Shown here: one piece after another, positions 32,364-41,784 of the stretch
How positions within the stretch are numbered: the stretch's first letter is position 1
How the letters are laid out: every line of letters begins with the position of its first letter
NCBI GenBank assembly: GCA_963700515.1
Contig: CAVOXY010000056.1
Span: 11,198 to 75,197, forward strand
Source: an uncultured Planctomycetota bacterium
Lineage (GTDB): Bacteria > Planctomycetota > Planctomycetia > Pirellulales > Pirellulaceae
Direction of reading: 5' to 3'
DNA length: 64,000 nt
Notes under the pieces: model-generated
Seen by the model: only the letters and a program-made list of their open reading frames with translations
Databases searched by the model: none
Told to the model about the DNA's origin: nothing
Program-made: the position numbers and the translations under genes

Positions 32364-33503
32364 CTAGTTGTTACGAAACGGGTTGCCGCCACCTTTAAGC
32401 GGGGAACCGGAGAATCGTGTGGCCGTCCCGACACCGAGCAGCGAGAATCCCATGACTCGTTCAAACGGTGCCAGAAATTTGCCCAGGTTGTTGTCGACCG
32501 CGATTAACGAATCTTCCGCCACAAAGATCCGGTCGCCCGGCATCACTTGGTAGTTCGTGGCGGTCGCTCCCTGAGCGGTAATCGCACGCCAGTCCACGGG
32601 CAGGATCTGAACTTTGCAGTTGTCGCTTGTCGGCCGAGCGATCCAGATCTTCTTCGAAGAAACGGAATCGAGGCCGTTCACGTTGGCAATCGCATCCAGC
32701 ACGGTTTCATTACCGGTGACCGGAAACATCGTCACGTTGTCACCTAACCCGGCGCCCTCGGTAATGACATAGTACTTCTTGCTGTTGTAGGCAAAAACAC
32801 TTACCGAAATCTGCGGCTCCGAGAGATACTGCGTCAGGTGGCGCTCAATCGCCTGGCGGGTTTCATTCAAGGTCATCCCCACCACGGAAACGCTGCCGTA
32901 GGAACCGAGATTGACCATGCCATCCGGGCCGACGATGTGTTCACCTGCAATCGGTTGCAGGGTCGGCAAGGCCGAGACGCGAAAGCTCACATTCGCCAGC
33001 TCCGCCTTGACCTGCCTGCCAATCGCTTCGTTGACGGCCTTCTTCGCCTCGGGAATTAACATGCCGGCGATCGCTACCGAGCCGTAGGTCGGACCCAAGT
33101 CGATCGTGCCGTCAATGCCGACGACGAATTCAGCCGGATCAATGTTGAACAACGGTGTCTCGGACGAGACGAACACCGCCACCGTCACGACATCCTGGAT
33201 GTGCAGCTTGTAGTCGGGACCAGGCAATAGCCGTACCGCCTCAATGGACAAAATGTCCGGCGGCTCCACTCGGTATTCCGGCAACGCGGCTTTGTACAGC
33301 TCGCGCGGCGTCTCGTCAGGACAACGATCCGGAGCTATGACCGTGGGTGCGTCCTTGTACATGACATGGCACCCGGCGCTCGAGCTGAAAAGGATCGCCA
33401 ACAGCGGGATGATGGCCAATAGTCGGTGTGTTCCAGACATCGCTTCGTATTCTTGTTGAGAGAGTGGAATCGGCTGGTGGGGTCCAAACGGTGTCCCGTG
33501 CAT
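32364..33503 (-). CDS. Wza-like polysaccharide export protein (Poly_export + SLBB domains)
   Basis: 379 aa. Signal/lipobox LLAILFSSSAGC, YRVEPPDILSIEA, repeated SLBB-like segments and MPGDRIFVAED. AGGTGA lies upstream of the ATG at 33503. An alternative start is MSGTHRLL at 33440. Confidence 0.75.
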   Translation of the reverse strand: MHGTPFGPHQPIPLSQQEYEAMSGTHRLLAIIPLLAILFSSSAGCHVMYKDAPTVIAPDRCPDETPRELYKAALPEYRVEPPDILSIEAVRLLPGPDYKLHIQDVVTVAVFVSSETPLFNIDPAEFVVGIDGTIDLGPTYGSVAIAGMLIPEAKKAVNEAIGRQVKAELANVSFRVSALPTLQPIAGEHIVGPDGMVNLGSYGSVSVVGMTLNETRQAIERHLTQYLSEPQISVSVFAYNSKKYYVITEGAGLGDNVTMFPVTGNETVLDAIANVNGLDSVSSKKIWIARPTSDNCKVQILPVDWRAITAQGATATNYQVMPGDRIFVAEDSLIAVDNNLGKFLAPFERVMGFSLLGVGTATRFSGSPLKGGGNPFRNN

Positions 33504-33930
33504 ACTTCACCTAATCGGTATCCGAGCAAAAGGAATCACAGTTTTTTTCGGAACATCGGGAAAGACCCGTAAGATCGGCAAGTTGAGGATACTAGGCGCA
33601 TTCGACGATTCGATGGCCGGTCAGGGACTGGCTGTGACTTGGTAAGACGTAACGGCAAATGGAACATCCGGGAGCCGGGTGAGCATGCGGCGATGCGCAG
33701 GAAAGGGATAGTCCCATTTCTGCTCCGCTCGCCGCTGCAGCCGCGTCGGGTTCATCCCGGCGGACTGAGGATTGGCCGGCGACAGGCGATGGATGCCAAC
33801 CAGTGGTCGAGCTGTCACAGGGATGCGCTCGGCCGAGGCCGAAACAGGCCGCGGCTCGAGTCGGTCTCGAACGTGTGCCGGCGTCGATGGACACGTCGGG
33901 GAGCTCGACTCGACGGTGTGTCATGGTGCG

Positions 33931-34127
33931 ACGGTAGCGGACCAGTTGTGGCCCCGCCGGGATGAACCCGACGGAAGCCGGAAGTGGTGGATGCGCACGG
34001 TAGCGGACCAGTTGTGGCCCCGCCGGGATGAACCCGACGGAAGCCGGAAGTGGCGGATGCCGCACGGTTGCGGACCAGTTGTGGCCCCGCCGGGATGAAC
34101 CCGACGGAAGCCGGAAGAGCCGACTTT
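33931..34127. repeat. 66-67-bp tandem repeat x3
   Basis: ACGGTAGCGGACCAGTTGTGGCCCCGCCGGGATGAACCCGACGGAAGCCGGAAGTGG.GGATGC starts at 33931, 33997 and 34064. An inverted partial copy (CCGCGTCGGGTTCATCCCGGCGG) lies at 33742-33764. Confidence 0.9.
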
Positions 34128-34196
34128 TCAACGGTGCCAGCACGCGGCAGCCAATCCGGAATCCATCTCGAGCAGGGTCGGGACTATGGTCCCGAC

Positions 34197-34601
34197 CTAC
34201 GATTGTGCGAACCGAGCGTCAGCGGGGCCTCCGCATCTGGTAGAAGTGCGAGTACTGCATGAAAGTACTGCCGGTCCCAGTGGGCGCAACGCGCGTTGAC
34301 GCCTGTTCGGCGCGGGAACGGGCGCGGCGCGGGCCACTTCCTGGTAGTAGAGGCTGCTACTGCCATCTCCACCAATGAGCGGGGACGTCGCGGGCCCGCC
34401 GCTGGATCGCCTTTCGATTCCACTACCGCGGCGTGGTAGAAACGGAGTCATGAGGGGATCGTAAAAGTCCACGCCGCGGCGCAGAAAATCCGAATAGCCG
34501 CTCGAACGCGGCCGGCTCCCACGCTGGGCCCGCGCTTTGGGGACAGCAGCCAACATCAGGCAGGCAGTCGCTGCGACGATCAGAATTCCCGTGCGTGACA
34601 T
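34197..34601 (-). CDS. Hypothetical secreted protein (possibly frameshifted at 3' end)
   Basis: AGAGGAG lies about 10 nt upstream of the ATG. N-terminal signal peptide MSRTGILIVAATACLMLAAVPKARA. No family recognised. Confidence 0.35.
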   Translation of the reverse strand: MSRTGILIVAATACLMLAAVPKARAQRGSRPRSSGYSDFLRRGVDFYDPLMTPFLPRRGSGIERRSSGGPATSPLIGGDGSSSLYYQEVARAAPVPAPNRRQRALRPLGPAVLSCSTRTSTRCGGPADARFAQS

Positions 34602-34772
34602 GTCGTGGTCGCTCCTCTATCAACGGATGATTGATCCCCCAGCGCCCGTACTCCCGAACCGGGTCACGGGCCGGACCAACTCAGTATAGCCGATCGCGCA
34701 GAATCGGTCTCGTAGGTTTTATCGGTAGAACCGCACCAGAGATTCCAGGGAATCTCGGATGCCGCCAGGGCC

Positions 34773-35354
34773 CTACGCCGGTTCGACCATGAAATCGTCG
34801 ATTTCCACCGAGACACCATGCTGCAGAAATTCCACCGCGACCAACAGACGGCGTTGTCCCCCGCGGCGTTGGGTCACAATGCCCTCCAGCCCTCGCATCG
34901 GCCCACTTCGTATTCGCACACGTCGTCCGGGCTCTAGCCGCCGTTCGACGGTCAGCGGTGCGCCGACGCCAATCAGACGATTCAGCTGTTTCAGGTCGTT
35001 CTGCAATCGACATTGATCGTCGACCGTCAACAACTCGGACACGCGATTGGTGGTCAAGCAGCGCACCCGCTCATCTTCAGACCCCAGCATGAACACATAG
35101 CCACCGAACAGCGGAATATGCGATTCCACGATTCGATTGCGAATCATGTTCGTCTTGGGAACGAGGGGTAAGAAGAAGGGGATCTCAAACCGCAGCAGGT
35201 CGCGTGCTAGTGATTTCTCCTGGCGAGATCTGGTGAAGATCGCCCACCAACGGCGTTCAGATTTGCCAGGCTCTAAGTCCAGGGTCTCGAAGAGCCCTTC
35301 AGGAAAGACACTCGTCTCTTTCTCCAAAATGGGCATTTGCTCCGTTCCTTTCAT
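34773..35354 (-). CDS. NusG-family transcription antiterminator paralog (RfaH/UpxY-like)
   Basis: 193 aa. NGN-like WWAIFTRSRQEKSLARDLLRFEIPFFLPL...PLFGGYVFM and C-terminal KOW-like GRRVRIRSGPMRGLEGIV. It lies 1.3 kb from the Wza-type exporter. Confidence 0.75.
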   Translation of the reverse strand: MKGTEQMPILEKETSVFPEGLFETLDLEPGKSERRWWAIFTRSRQEKSLARDLLRFEIPFFLPLVPKTNMIRNRIVESHIPLFGGYVFMLGSEDERVRCLTTNRVSELLTVDDQCRLQNDLKQLNRLIGVGAPLTVERRLEPGRRVRIRSGPMRGLEGIVTQRRGGQRRLLVAVEFLQHGVSVEIDDFMVEPA

Positions 35355-36098
35355 GAACCAAGTTGACTCTCAATGTTTCAAATGCCGCTGGTAATCCAGC
35401 GCTCGGAGTACTCAAATGCGAAACCATTCCATTGCTTTGGTGGAGCCTCGTCTGCTCACACCAGCGTTCGCCATCCCGCTGTTTCGGTCGCTCCTTCACC
35501 GCCTCATTGGCGGTCAAAAAAGTAAAAGGACCCGTGTAATCACGTCGTCTGACAATGACTCCGCGAAGGCCACACCACAAATGCGGAAAGGCGTGGGCAG
35601 CCACTGCGGCCAGGGCGTCGACGGCACAGCTAAGTCGGTAGGCCACTCGGGTGTGTGTCACAGAATCATCGTGTTCCAGATGGTCATTCCAATTTATCTT
35701 TAACCACCACGATGGACTATGCAACACCCTCGGAAAATCCCCTGGAAGGGGTAATTCTGACAAAATTTCTGTTTCCGAGGCTGGAATCGACGTGGGTCCA
35801 TGCACCTGAGCCATATTGAGCAGCAAATCGGCTCAAGAAAATCGTGGCTCGCCGCCCTCTACCCGAGCGGCAGCGGGGCGCTGAGCGCGCCCCTAACGCG
35901 GTGCTAACGCGCGAAACCGTTCCGCAACTGCATCCGCAGCTCGGAAGGGGAGGGCGACCAGCGAATGAAAAAAGCACCGCTGGGTTGCCAGCGGTGCTTC
36001 GCCACCACCTCGTCAAGGAACGGTGGTGTACTGAAAATCAACGAACGAGGTGTGAGATTTCGTGGGAAATTTTCAGAATTAACCGGGTCGTGTGAGAA

Positions 36099-36533
36099 CT
36101 AGCGTGTTTTCGTGGCCGTGGCCGTCGTGACCGCCGCCGTTTCGACACGCAGGACGGTCGTCACATAAGCGTTGCCAATCCACTGGTACGGGTCAGCACC
36201 GTTGCCCACCCACATTGGCGAATAGACTCCCATGCTCGGTGTCGGATTCGCCGACGGTCGACTCTGTGAGTAGCCGTACCATTTCATCGCCGCCAATCGC
36301 TGGCGACGCTGATCACCCTTCCTCTCAGCCTTGCGGCGAATCACGGCCTGCGGGTCGTCATACCGCCGCAGCTCCTGCAGGTAGAACCACATGTCTTCGG
36401 TCTGAGCCACATCGTTGGCTCCGGCTTCCTGGTTCGCCGCCGGCTTGCTCAGCTTGTCCAAATCCTGGGCCGCCAGGACGCTGCAGACCAACATAGCTGG
36501 AAGGAAGGTAAAGCCGAGAATGAGCCGTTTCAT
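36099..36533 (-). CDS. Hypothetical secreted protein
   Basis: Start at the ATG at 36533 (MKRLILGFTFLPAMLVCSVLAAQD signal peptide). No family recognised. Confidence 0.45.
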   Translation of the reverse strand: MKRLILGFTFLPAMLVCSVLAAQDLDKLSKPAANQEAGANDVAQTEDMWFYLQELRRYDDPQAVIRRKAERKGDQRRQRLAAMKWYGYSQSRPSANPTPSMGVYSPMWVGNGADPYQWIGNAYVTTVLRVETAAVTTATATKTR

Positions 36534-36903
36534 GCCACATCTCCTGGTCCAGTCCTGATCTGAAATCCAGCACTGCGGGATTCTCAAACCGGTATTTATG
36601 TCGCTTTCCAAGGCGGTCAAGCCGCCATACACATTGGGGAGCGTGTCCATGGCAGCATCGGCACCACCGGCCCCGGCCGCAACATGCGCTCACCGCAGGC
36701 CAAGTAGGTTTCGGCCAGCAGTCTAATAAGGGATTCGGCCTGTGCCGTACGAAAAGATTAGCGCGATTAAGTGCAACGTAACGGATAATCGGCTTCGTCG
36801 AACCGCTTGACCCGCACAGCCCGCAAAGTCGACTCAGACCGCCGGAAGACGCCGAGAAGACGCGCGAGAAAGGCGTTCGATGATAGGGCGGACTGGTACT
36901 GAG

Positions 36904-36979
36904 AACGATTAGGGAATGCGGAATGCGGAATGCGGAATAGAAAGTAACAAGTAACAAGTAACAAGTAACAAGTAACAAA
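36904..36979. repeat. Composite heptamer module AACGATT-AGGGAAT-(GCGGAAT)3 then (AAGTAAC)5
   Basis: Read directly. Positions 36904-36938 are the exact reverse complement of 37866-37900. Confidence 0.95.
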
Positions 36980-36982
36980 TAT

Positions 36983-37802
36983 CTAGAGGCAACAGACGGC
37001 ACTTGGCTCGGGCAGCCCGGCAATCGACTGGAGATGCAGCAGGCGTCGATAGGCGTTCTGACTACCGGGAACGATCAGCACATACAGACAACCGTCACTC
37101 TTCCAGATCCCGACACAGAGATTGCCAGTGGTCGAGTCGGGAATGGCCGACGGAAACTTCGGCAAGTGGCGTCCGAGTCGCGTGCGAATCACCAGCAGAT
37201 AGGCAGACGACTGAGCCGGCGGGACGCTGGCTAAATACGCCACGGCATGTGAATCCCCCAACGCCAACGCCGAAAACTCCTGCCAACCCACCATCGGGAA
37301 CTGCAGCTGCTGGTTCCGCGGCAACCGATCACTTGGCGGTTGAGTCTCCTGCCAGGCTTCCGGATCCAATTTGCCGAGCCACTCGCGAGCGTACTGATCG
37401 ACCTGCGCGACGGTGAGCGTATCGCGCCAGACGAGCAACATAAACGACGACCGCCAACAGGGCCGCGACAGACAACACCGCCCCGGCAGTACTAAGCCAC
37501 CAGAGTCCGCTCGATCCGGTGCCGCCACGAACACCAGCGGGCGTCACCAGCTCGCCGCCCGGCACGGCCTGCTGCCCAGGTTCCTGCTCCACCGCCGCCA
37601 ACAGCCGATCACCCAGACCAGCAGGGACCGGAACATCTCGCATCGCTCGCTGAATCGCCCCGTCCCAGGCCTGAATCGCCTGCAACTCAGCACCTAACGC
37701 CGGATCTTCGGACACCGCCCGCAACAGCGCAGCCATGTCCGGATCAGCCGATTCGGTCGGCTCCGAGCGATAGCATTCCATGAGTTTGCGGAGGTTAGTC
37801 AT
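36983..37802 (-). pseudogene. Anti-sigma factor (single TM), one frameshift as read
   Basis: ORF 37329..37802 has an N-terminal anti-sigma-like domain and a TM helix (WWLSTAGAVLSVAALLAVVVYV). ORF 36983..37534 supplies the extracytoplasmic C-terminal domain. It lies directly downstream of the ECF sigma. Confidence 0.6.
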
Positions 37803-37900
37803 TGGTTATTGGTCACTGGTCACTTGGTTATTGGTCATTGGTCATTGGTCATTGGTCATTGGTCTATTCCGCATTCCGCATTCCGCATTCCGCATTCCCT
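37800..37900. repeat. Heptamer arrays (CATTGGT)n 37800-37865 followed by (ATTCCGC)3-ATTCCCT-AATCGTT 37866-37900
   Basis: Read directly. On the minus strand the last ACCAATG unit supplies the anti-sigma start codon (ATG at 37802). Confidence 0.95.
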
Positions 37901-37947
37901 AATCGTTAACCCGGCGTGGGCGATCAAGAGGCCATCTGTCGCAATAT

Positions 37948-38027
37948 CCACGGCTCCCTTACTCCACGGCTCCCTTACTCCACGGCTCCCTTACTCCACG
38001 GCTCCCTCGCTCCAGGGCTCCCTCACT
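37948..38027. repeat. 16-bp tandem repeat (CCACGGCTCCCTTACT) x5, last two degenerate
   Basis: Units start at 37948, 37964, 37980, 37996 and 38012. The ECF sigma stop codon (37991-37993) lies inside the array. Confidence 0.9.
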
Positions 38028-38608
38028 TGGCGAGTCATCAGCCGTTCACGCAGCCGGCTCTTGGCCCGTGCCAAACGGCTCATCACAGTCCCGATCGGCA
38101 CGTCCAACTCACCGGCGATCTCCTTGTACGACAGCTCATCAAAATAGAACAGGATCAAAATCAACCGGTGCTGATCGGGCAATTCTTGCAGTGCCAGGTC
38201 AAGCAGCTCGCCATCAATCGCCTGGTCCCCGGGCGGCTGGACCGCCACGGTTTCCATGTCCATATCTAAGTTAGCCGCAGAAGCCGGTCGGCGTCTGCGC
38301 CGATTCTTCAGAAAGCAACTTCGCAACACCGCGAACAGCCACCGATCCGCCTTGTCCGGATCCCGCAACTGCTGAATCTTCTGCTGCGCAATCAGGAATG
38401 TCTGCTGCGCCAAGTCCTCCGCATCCGGGACACTGCCAACCAACCGGTACGCATAGCGATAGACCGCCTCATGATGAGCCTTGACCAGCTGCACTATGCT
38501 GGGCTGTATCACGCTAGGCGGGGACGCCTCCTCCGCAGCACCCCCACCTCGGGCGGGGTGGTCTGCCTTGGATTCCGGCGTACCGTCCGGTTCGGATTGG
38601 TCACCCAT
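37991..38608 (-). CDS. ECF-type RNA polymerase sigma factor
   Basis: Start at the ATG at 38608 (MGDQSEPDG). Region 2: LVKAHHEAVYRYAYRLVGSVPDAEDLAQQTFL...DRWLFAVLRSCFL. Region 4: LPDQHRLILILFYFDELSYKEIAGELDVPIGTVMSRLARAKSRLRE. Confidence 0.85.
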   Translation of the reverse strand: MGDQSEPDGTPESKADHPARGGGAAEEASPPSVIQPSIVQLVKAHHEAVYRYAYRLVGSVPDAEDLAQQTFLIAQQKIQQLRDPDKADRWLFAVLRSCFLKNRRRRRPASAANLDMDMETVAVQPPGDQAIDGELLDLALQELPDQHRLILILFYFDELSYKEIAGELDVPIGTVMSRLARAKSRLRERLMTRQVREPWSEGAVE

Positions 38609-38815
38609 CGCGGAGTCCTGCTCTAGAAAATGTGAACCTCGGGTGTCGCTTTTTATTCCCGGTTCGTTGGGTTTTAGCAAATATTGGCTCGGAGCATCAG
38701 TCGCCAGAAAGTTTGGGAATATCCGGGGCCTGGTGGGGATCATGTTAGGGAGAAGCATGAAATGGCCTGTTGTGGCCGCAAACAATTCACATTTTCAGGT
38801 AGTAGAGGTCCCACA

Positions 38816-39027
38816 ATGAAGAAGATCGCATTTTGCCTGGTTCTGCTCGGGCTCAGCACCATCACGTTCGTAGGCTGTGGCGACGACGCCAAGACGAAGC
38901 CGGCACGAAGCCCGCCGCTGGTGCGGCCGACAAGAAGGCTGACGGCGGCGCCGCTGACAAGAAGGACGAGAAGACCGAGGCTCCCGCCGCTCCCAGCACC
39001 ACCCCCCCGGCTGACGAAACCAAGTAG
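38816..39027 (+). pseudogene. Small Lys/Ala-rich lipoprotein, one frameshift as read
   Basis: GAGG lies upstream of the ATG at 38816. MKKIAFCLVLLGLSTITFVGCGDDAKTKP (lipobox) then shifts near 38900 into the frame of ORF 38833..39027 (GTKPAAGAADKKADGGAADKKDEKTEAPAAP). A strong terminator follows. Confidence 0.55.
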
Positions 39028-39073
39028 TTGTGGGTGAGCAGCCGTTGCGCTGCGATCACTACGATTCATCGAA

Positions 39074-39109
39074 ACGAGCATCTCCCCAAGAGATGCTCGT
39101 TTTTTTTTG
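39074..39109 (+). terminator. Rho-independent terminator
   Basis: ACGAGCATCTC-CCCAA-GAGATGCTCGT stem-loop followed by T9. Confidence 0.85.
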
Positions 39110-39187
39110 GTCATTGGTCATTAGTCATTAGTCATTGTCATTAGTCATTGGTCACTGGTCATTCGGTATTGGTTATTGGTTGGTGGT
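39109..39187. repeat. Heptamer array (CATTGGT/CATTAGT)n, arm 1 of inverted pair
   Basis: Read directly. It degenerates into CGGTATTGGTTATTGGTTGGTGG at the loop side. Confidence 0.95.
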
Positions 39188-39327
39188 TACTTGACAGATA
39201 CCGGTTAGTGCTTGACAGTTGACGGGGGGCGTGCCGGGGCGGATCGGTGCAATACCAGATGAGTCCTTACACTGCCTCTTGTGTCGCACTGCTCGGTAAC
39301 TCGTCGCCATCCCTCCGCCATCGCGAA

Positions 39328-39430
39328 ACCAACCGATGACCAATGACCAATGACTAATGACAATGCAAGTGACAAGTGACCAATGACCAATGACCAATGA
39401 CCAATGACCAATGACCAATGACCAATGACC
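39328..39430. repeat. Heptamer array (ACCAATG/ACTAATG)n, arm 2 of inverted pair; contains the uvrB start codon
   Basis: Reverse complement of arm 1, including the irregular units CATTGT-CATTAGT-CATTGGT next to the loop. Confidence 0.95.
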
Positions 39431-41497
39431 ATCCCTTTGAACTTTGCGCCCCGTACCAACCGGCTGGTGACCAGCCGCAGGCGATCGAGGCTTTGGTGGA
39501 CGCCATCCGGCAGGACCGGCGCCGGCAAGTGCTGTTGGGCGTCACGGGGTCGGGCAAGACATTTACGATGGCCAATGTGATCCAGGCGATCCAGAAGCCA
39601 ACGCTGGTCATCTCGCACAACAAGACCCTCGCCGCTCAGCTTTATTCGGAGTTCCGCGACTTCTTTCCCCATAATTCGGTTCATTACTTCGTCAGCTATT
39701 ACGACTACTACCAGCCCGAAGCCTACATCCCTCAGCGGGACATCTACATCGAAAAAGATGCGTCCATCAATGAAGAAATCGATCGGCTCCGGCTCGCGAC
39801 CACCAGTGCGTTGGTGAGCCGCAGGGATGTGATTGTGGTGGCCAGTGTGTCGAGTATCTACGGGCTCGGTTCGCCGGACGATTACCGCGAGATGATGGTC
39901 GCCTTGGAGCGCGGCGGCCAGATTGACCGTGATGAGATGCTGGCGCGACTGATTGACATTCAGTACGAAAGAAACGACATCAGTTTCGAGCGTGGCCGGT
40001 TTCGCGTCCGGGGCGACTGTGTGGAGATCTGGCCCTCGTACGAGGAGTACGCGGTCCGTGTGGAGCTATGGGGGGACGAGATCGATCAGCTGTCGCTGCT
40101 CAACCCGACCAGTGGCGAGACGATTTCGGTGCAGGATCAGTTATTCATCTACCCGGCCAAGCACTTCGTGATGCCGGAGGAGCGGATTGAGGGCGCGGTC
40201 AAGTTGATCAAACAGGAACTGGATGAGCAACTGGAAAAGTTCCGCCAGGAAGGAAAATTGCTCGAGGCGCAGCGGTTGAGCGCACGCACGCGGTTCGATA
40301 TGGAAATGCTGCTGCAAGCGGGGGTGTGTCCGGGCATCGAGAACTACAGCCGACCGCTGTCCGGTCGCTCGGCCGGCGAGCCGCCTGACACGCTGTACGA
40401 TTTCTTCCCGCACGATTTCCTCCTGTTCGTCGACGAATCACACGTCAGTATTCCGCAAATCCGCGCGATGTTCGCTGGCGATCAGAGCCGCAAACGGACG
40501 TTGGTCGAGCATGGCTTTCGATTGCCCAGCGCGATGGACAACCGGCCCTTGAAGTTCGAAGAATGGGAACAGCGGGCACGTCAAGCCGTGTTCGTGTCGG
40601 CCACGCCTAGCGATTACGAGCTACAACAGACGGGCGGGGAGGTGGTGGAGCAGATCATCCGGCCGACCGGCTTGCTCGACCCGATCATTGAAGTCGTGCC
40701 GGCCCGCAACCAGGTCGTACACCTCCTGGAGGAGATCCGCCAGCAGGGCGAAAATCGGCGAACGGGTCCTGGTGACCGCCCTGACCAAACGACTGGCCGA
40801 AGATCTCTCGGCGTATTTCAGCGAGCAAGGAGTGGCCTGCAAGTGGCTGCATAGTGAGCTGGATGCGTTTGAGCGAGTCGATCTGCTGCGCGACCTGCGC
40901 GAAGGGCGCTTTGAGGCATTGGTCGGAGTGAATCTGCTGCGCGAAGGACTCGACCTCCCCGAAGTGTCACTGGTCGCCATTCTGGATGCCGACAAGGAAG
41001 GGTTCCTCCGCAGCGAAACGTCACTGATCCAAACGATCGGCCGAGCCGCTCGGAACGTCAATGCCAAGGTCATTCTCTATGCCGATAAAATCACCAATTC
41101 CATGCGGCTGGCGATCGACGAGACGAATCGACGTCGAGCGATGCAGGAGGCCTACAACAAAGAGCATGGCATTACGCCCGAGACGATTCGCAAAAACATC
41201 CGAGCGGGCATCGAATCCGACGTGGCAGCTCACCGAGCGGCCAATGCCGCGGTGGGACGAGCGGACGAGGAGCAATACGTGACGGCCGAGTACATGAACG
41301 AGCTGGAGGCCGAAATGCTCGAAGCAGCCGAACAACTGGAATTCGAACGAGCAGCCGCGATCCGCGACCGACTCATGCAACTCAAAGAACACGTCGGTAA
41401 GAAACTCAACCAGGTCGAAGTCAGCTCGTACAAACCCCGTGGCCGCCGCCACAGTTCCGGCTCGTCACAGAAAGTCCCCCGGCCAGGGAAGAAGTAG
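39418..41497 (+). pseudogene. uvrB: Excinuclease ABC subunit B, one frameshift as read
   Basis: 39418..40854 starts [27 protein letters not shown]...[15 protein letters not shown]. 40688..41497 continues [25 protein letters not shown]...[27 protein letters not shown]...[14 protein letters not shown]. The shift is at CAGCAGGGCGAAAAT, about 40745-40760. Confidence 0.9.
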
Positions 41498-41498
41498 A

Positions 41499-41543
41499 GT
41501 CATTGGTCATTGGTCATTGGTCATTGGTCATTGGTCACTGGTC
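41499..41543. repeat. Heptamer array (CATTGGT)n, arm 1
   Basis: Starts 2 nt after the uvrB stop. Confidence 0.95.
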
Positions 41544-41650
41544 CAACTTGTTCCGAACCCATCGTAAGTCGTTGCGCACCTTGACTTATCGTACTACATG
41601 CTGAGCATCGAAATCGTGCACCTTGCGCCGCTGTGGTTCACGACCCCCAC

Positions 41651-41712
41651 TGACCAATGACCAATGACTAATGACTAATGACCAATGACCAATGACACAA
41701 TGACCAATGACT
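41651..41712. repeat. Heptamer array (GACCAAT/GACTAAT)n, arm 2
   Basis: Inverted relative to 41499-41543, with a 107-nt spacer. CTTGACA follows directly. Confidence 0.95.
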
Positions 41713-41784
41713 ACCGCTTGACAAAGCACCCCCCGTTCCGGCAAAGTAACTACTGACGTGATCGTGGGCCAAGGGAGAAAACCC

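Noticed and set aside
35299-35826. 175-codon minus-strand ORF upstream of the NusG paralog
   Set aside because: It has no recognisable family and a TTG start as tracked. It overlaps the well-supported nusG-like start by 55 nt. It could be a real hypothetical protein, but I cannot support it, so it is left unannotated.
39205-39684. ORFs encoding [15 protein letters not shown] repeats (also at 41586..41786, 50162..50440, 53705..54001, 60013..60414)
   Set aside because: They are translations of (CATTGGT)n arrays, which are open in all three frames in that orientation. They overlap or oppose well-supported genes such as uvrB.
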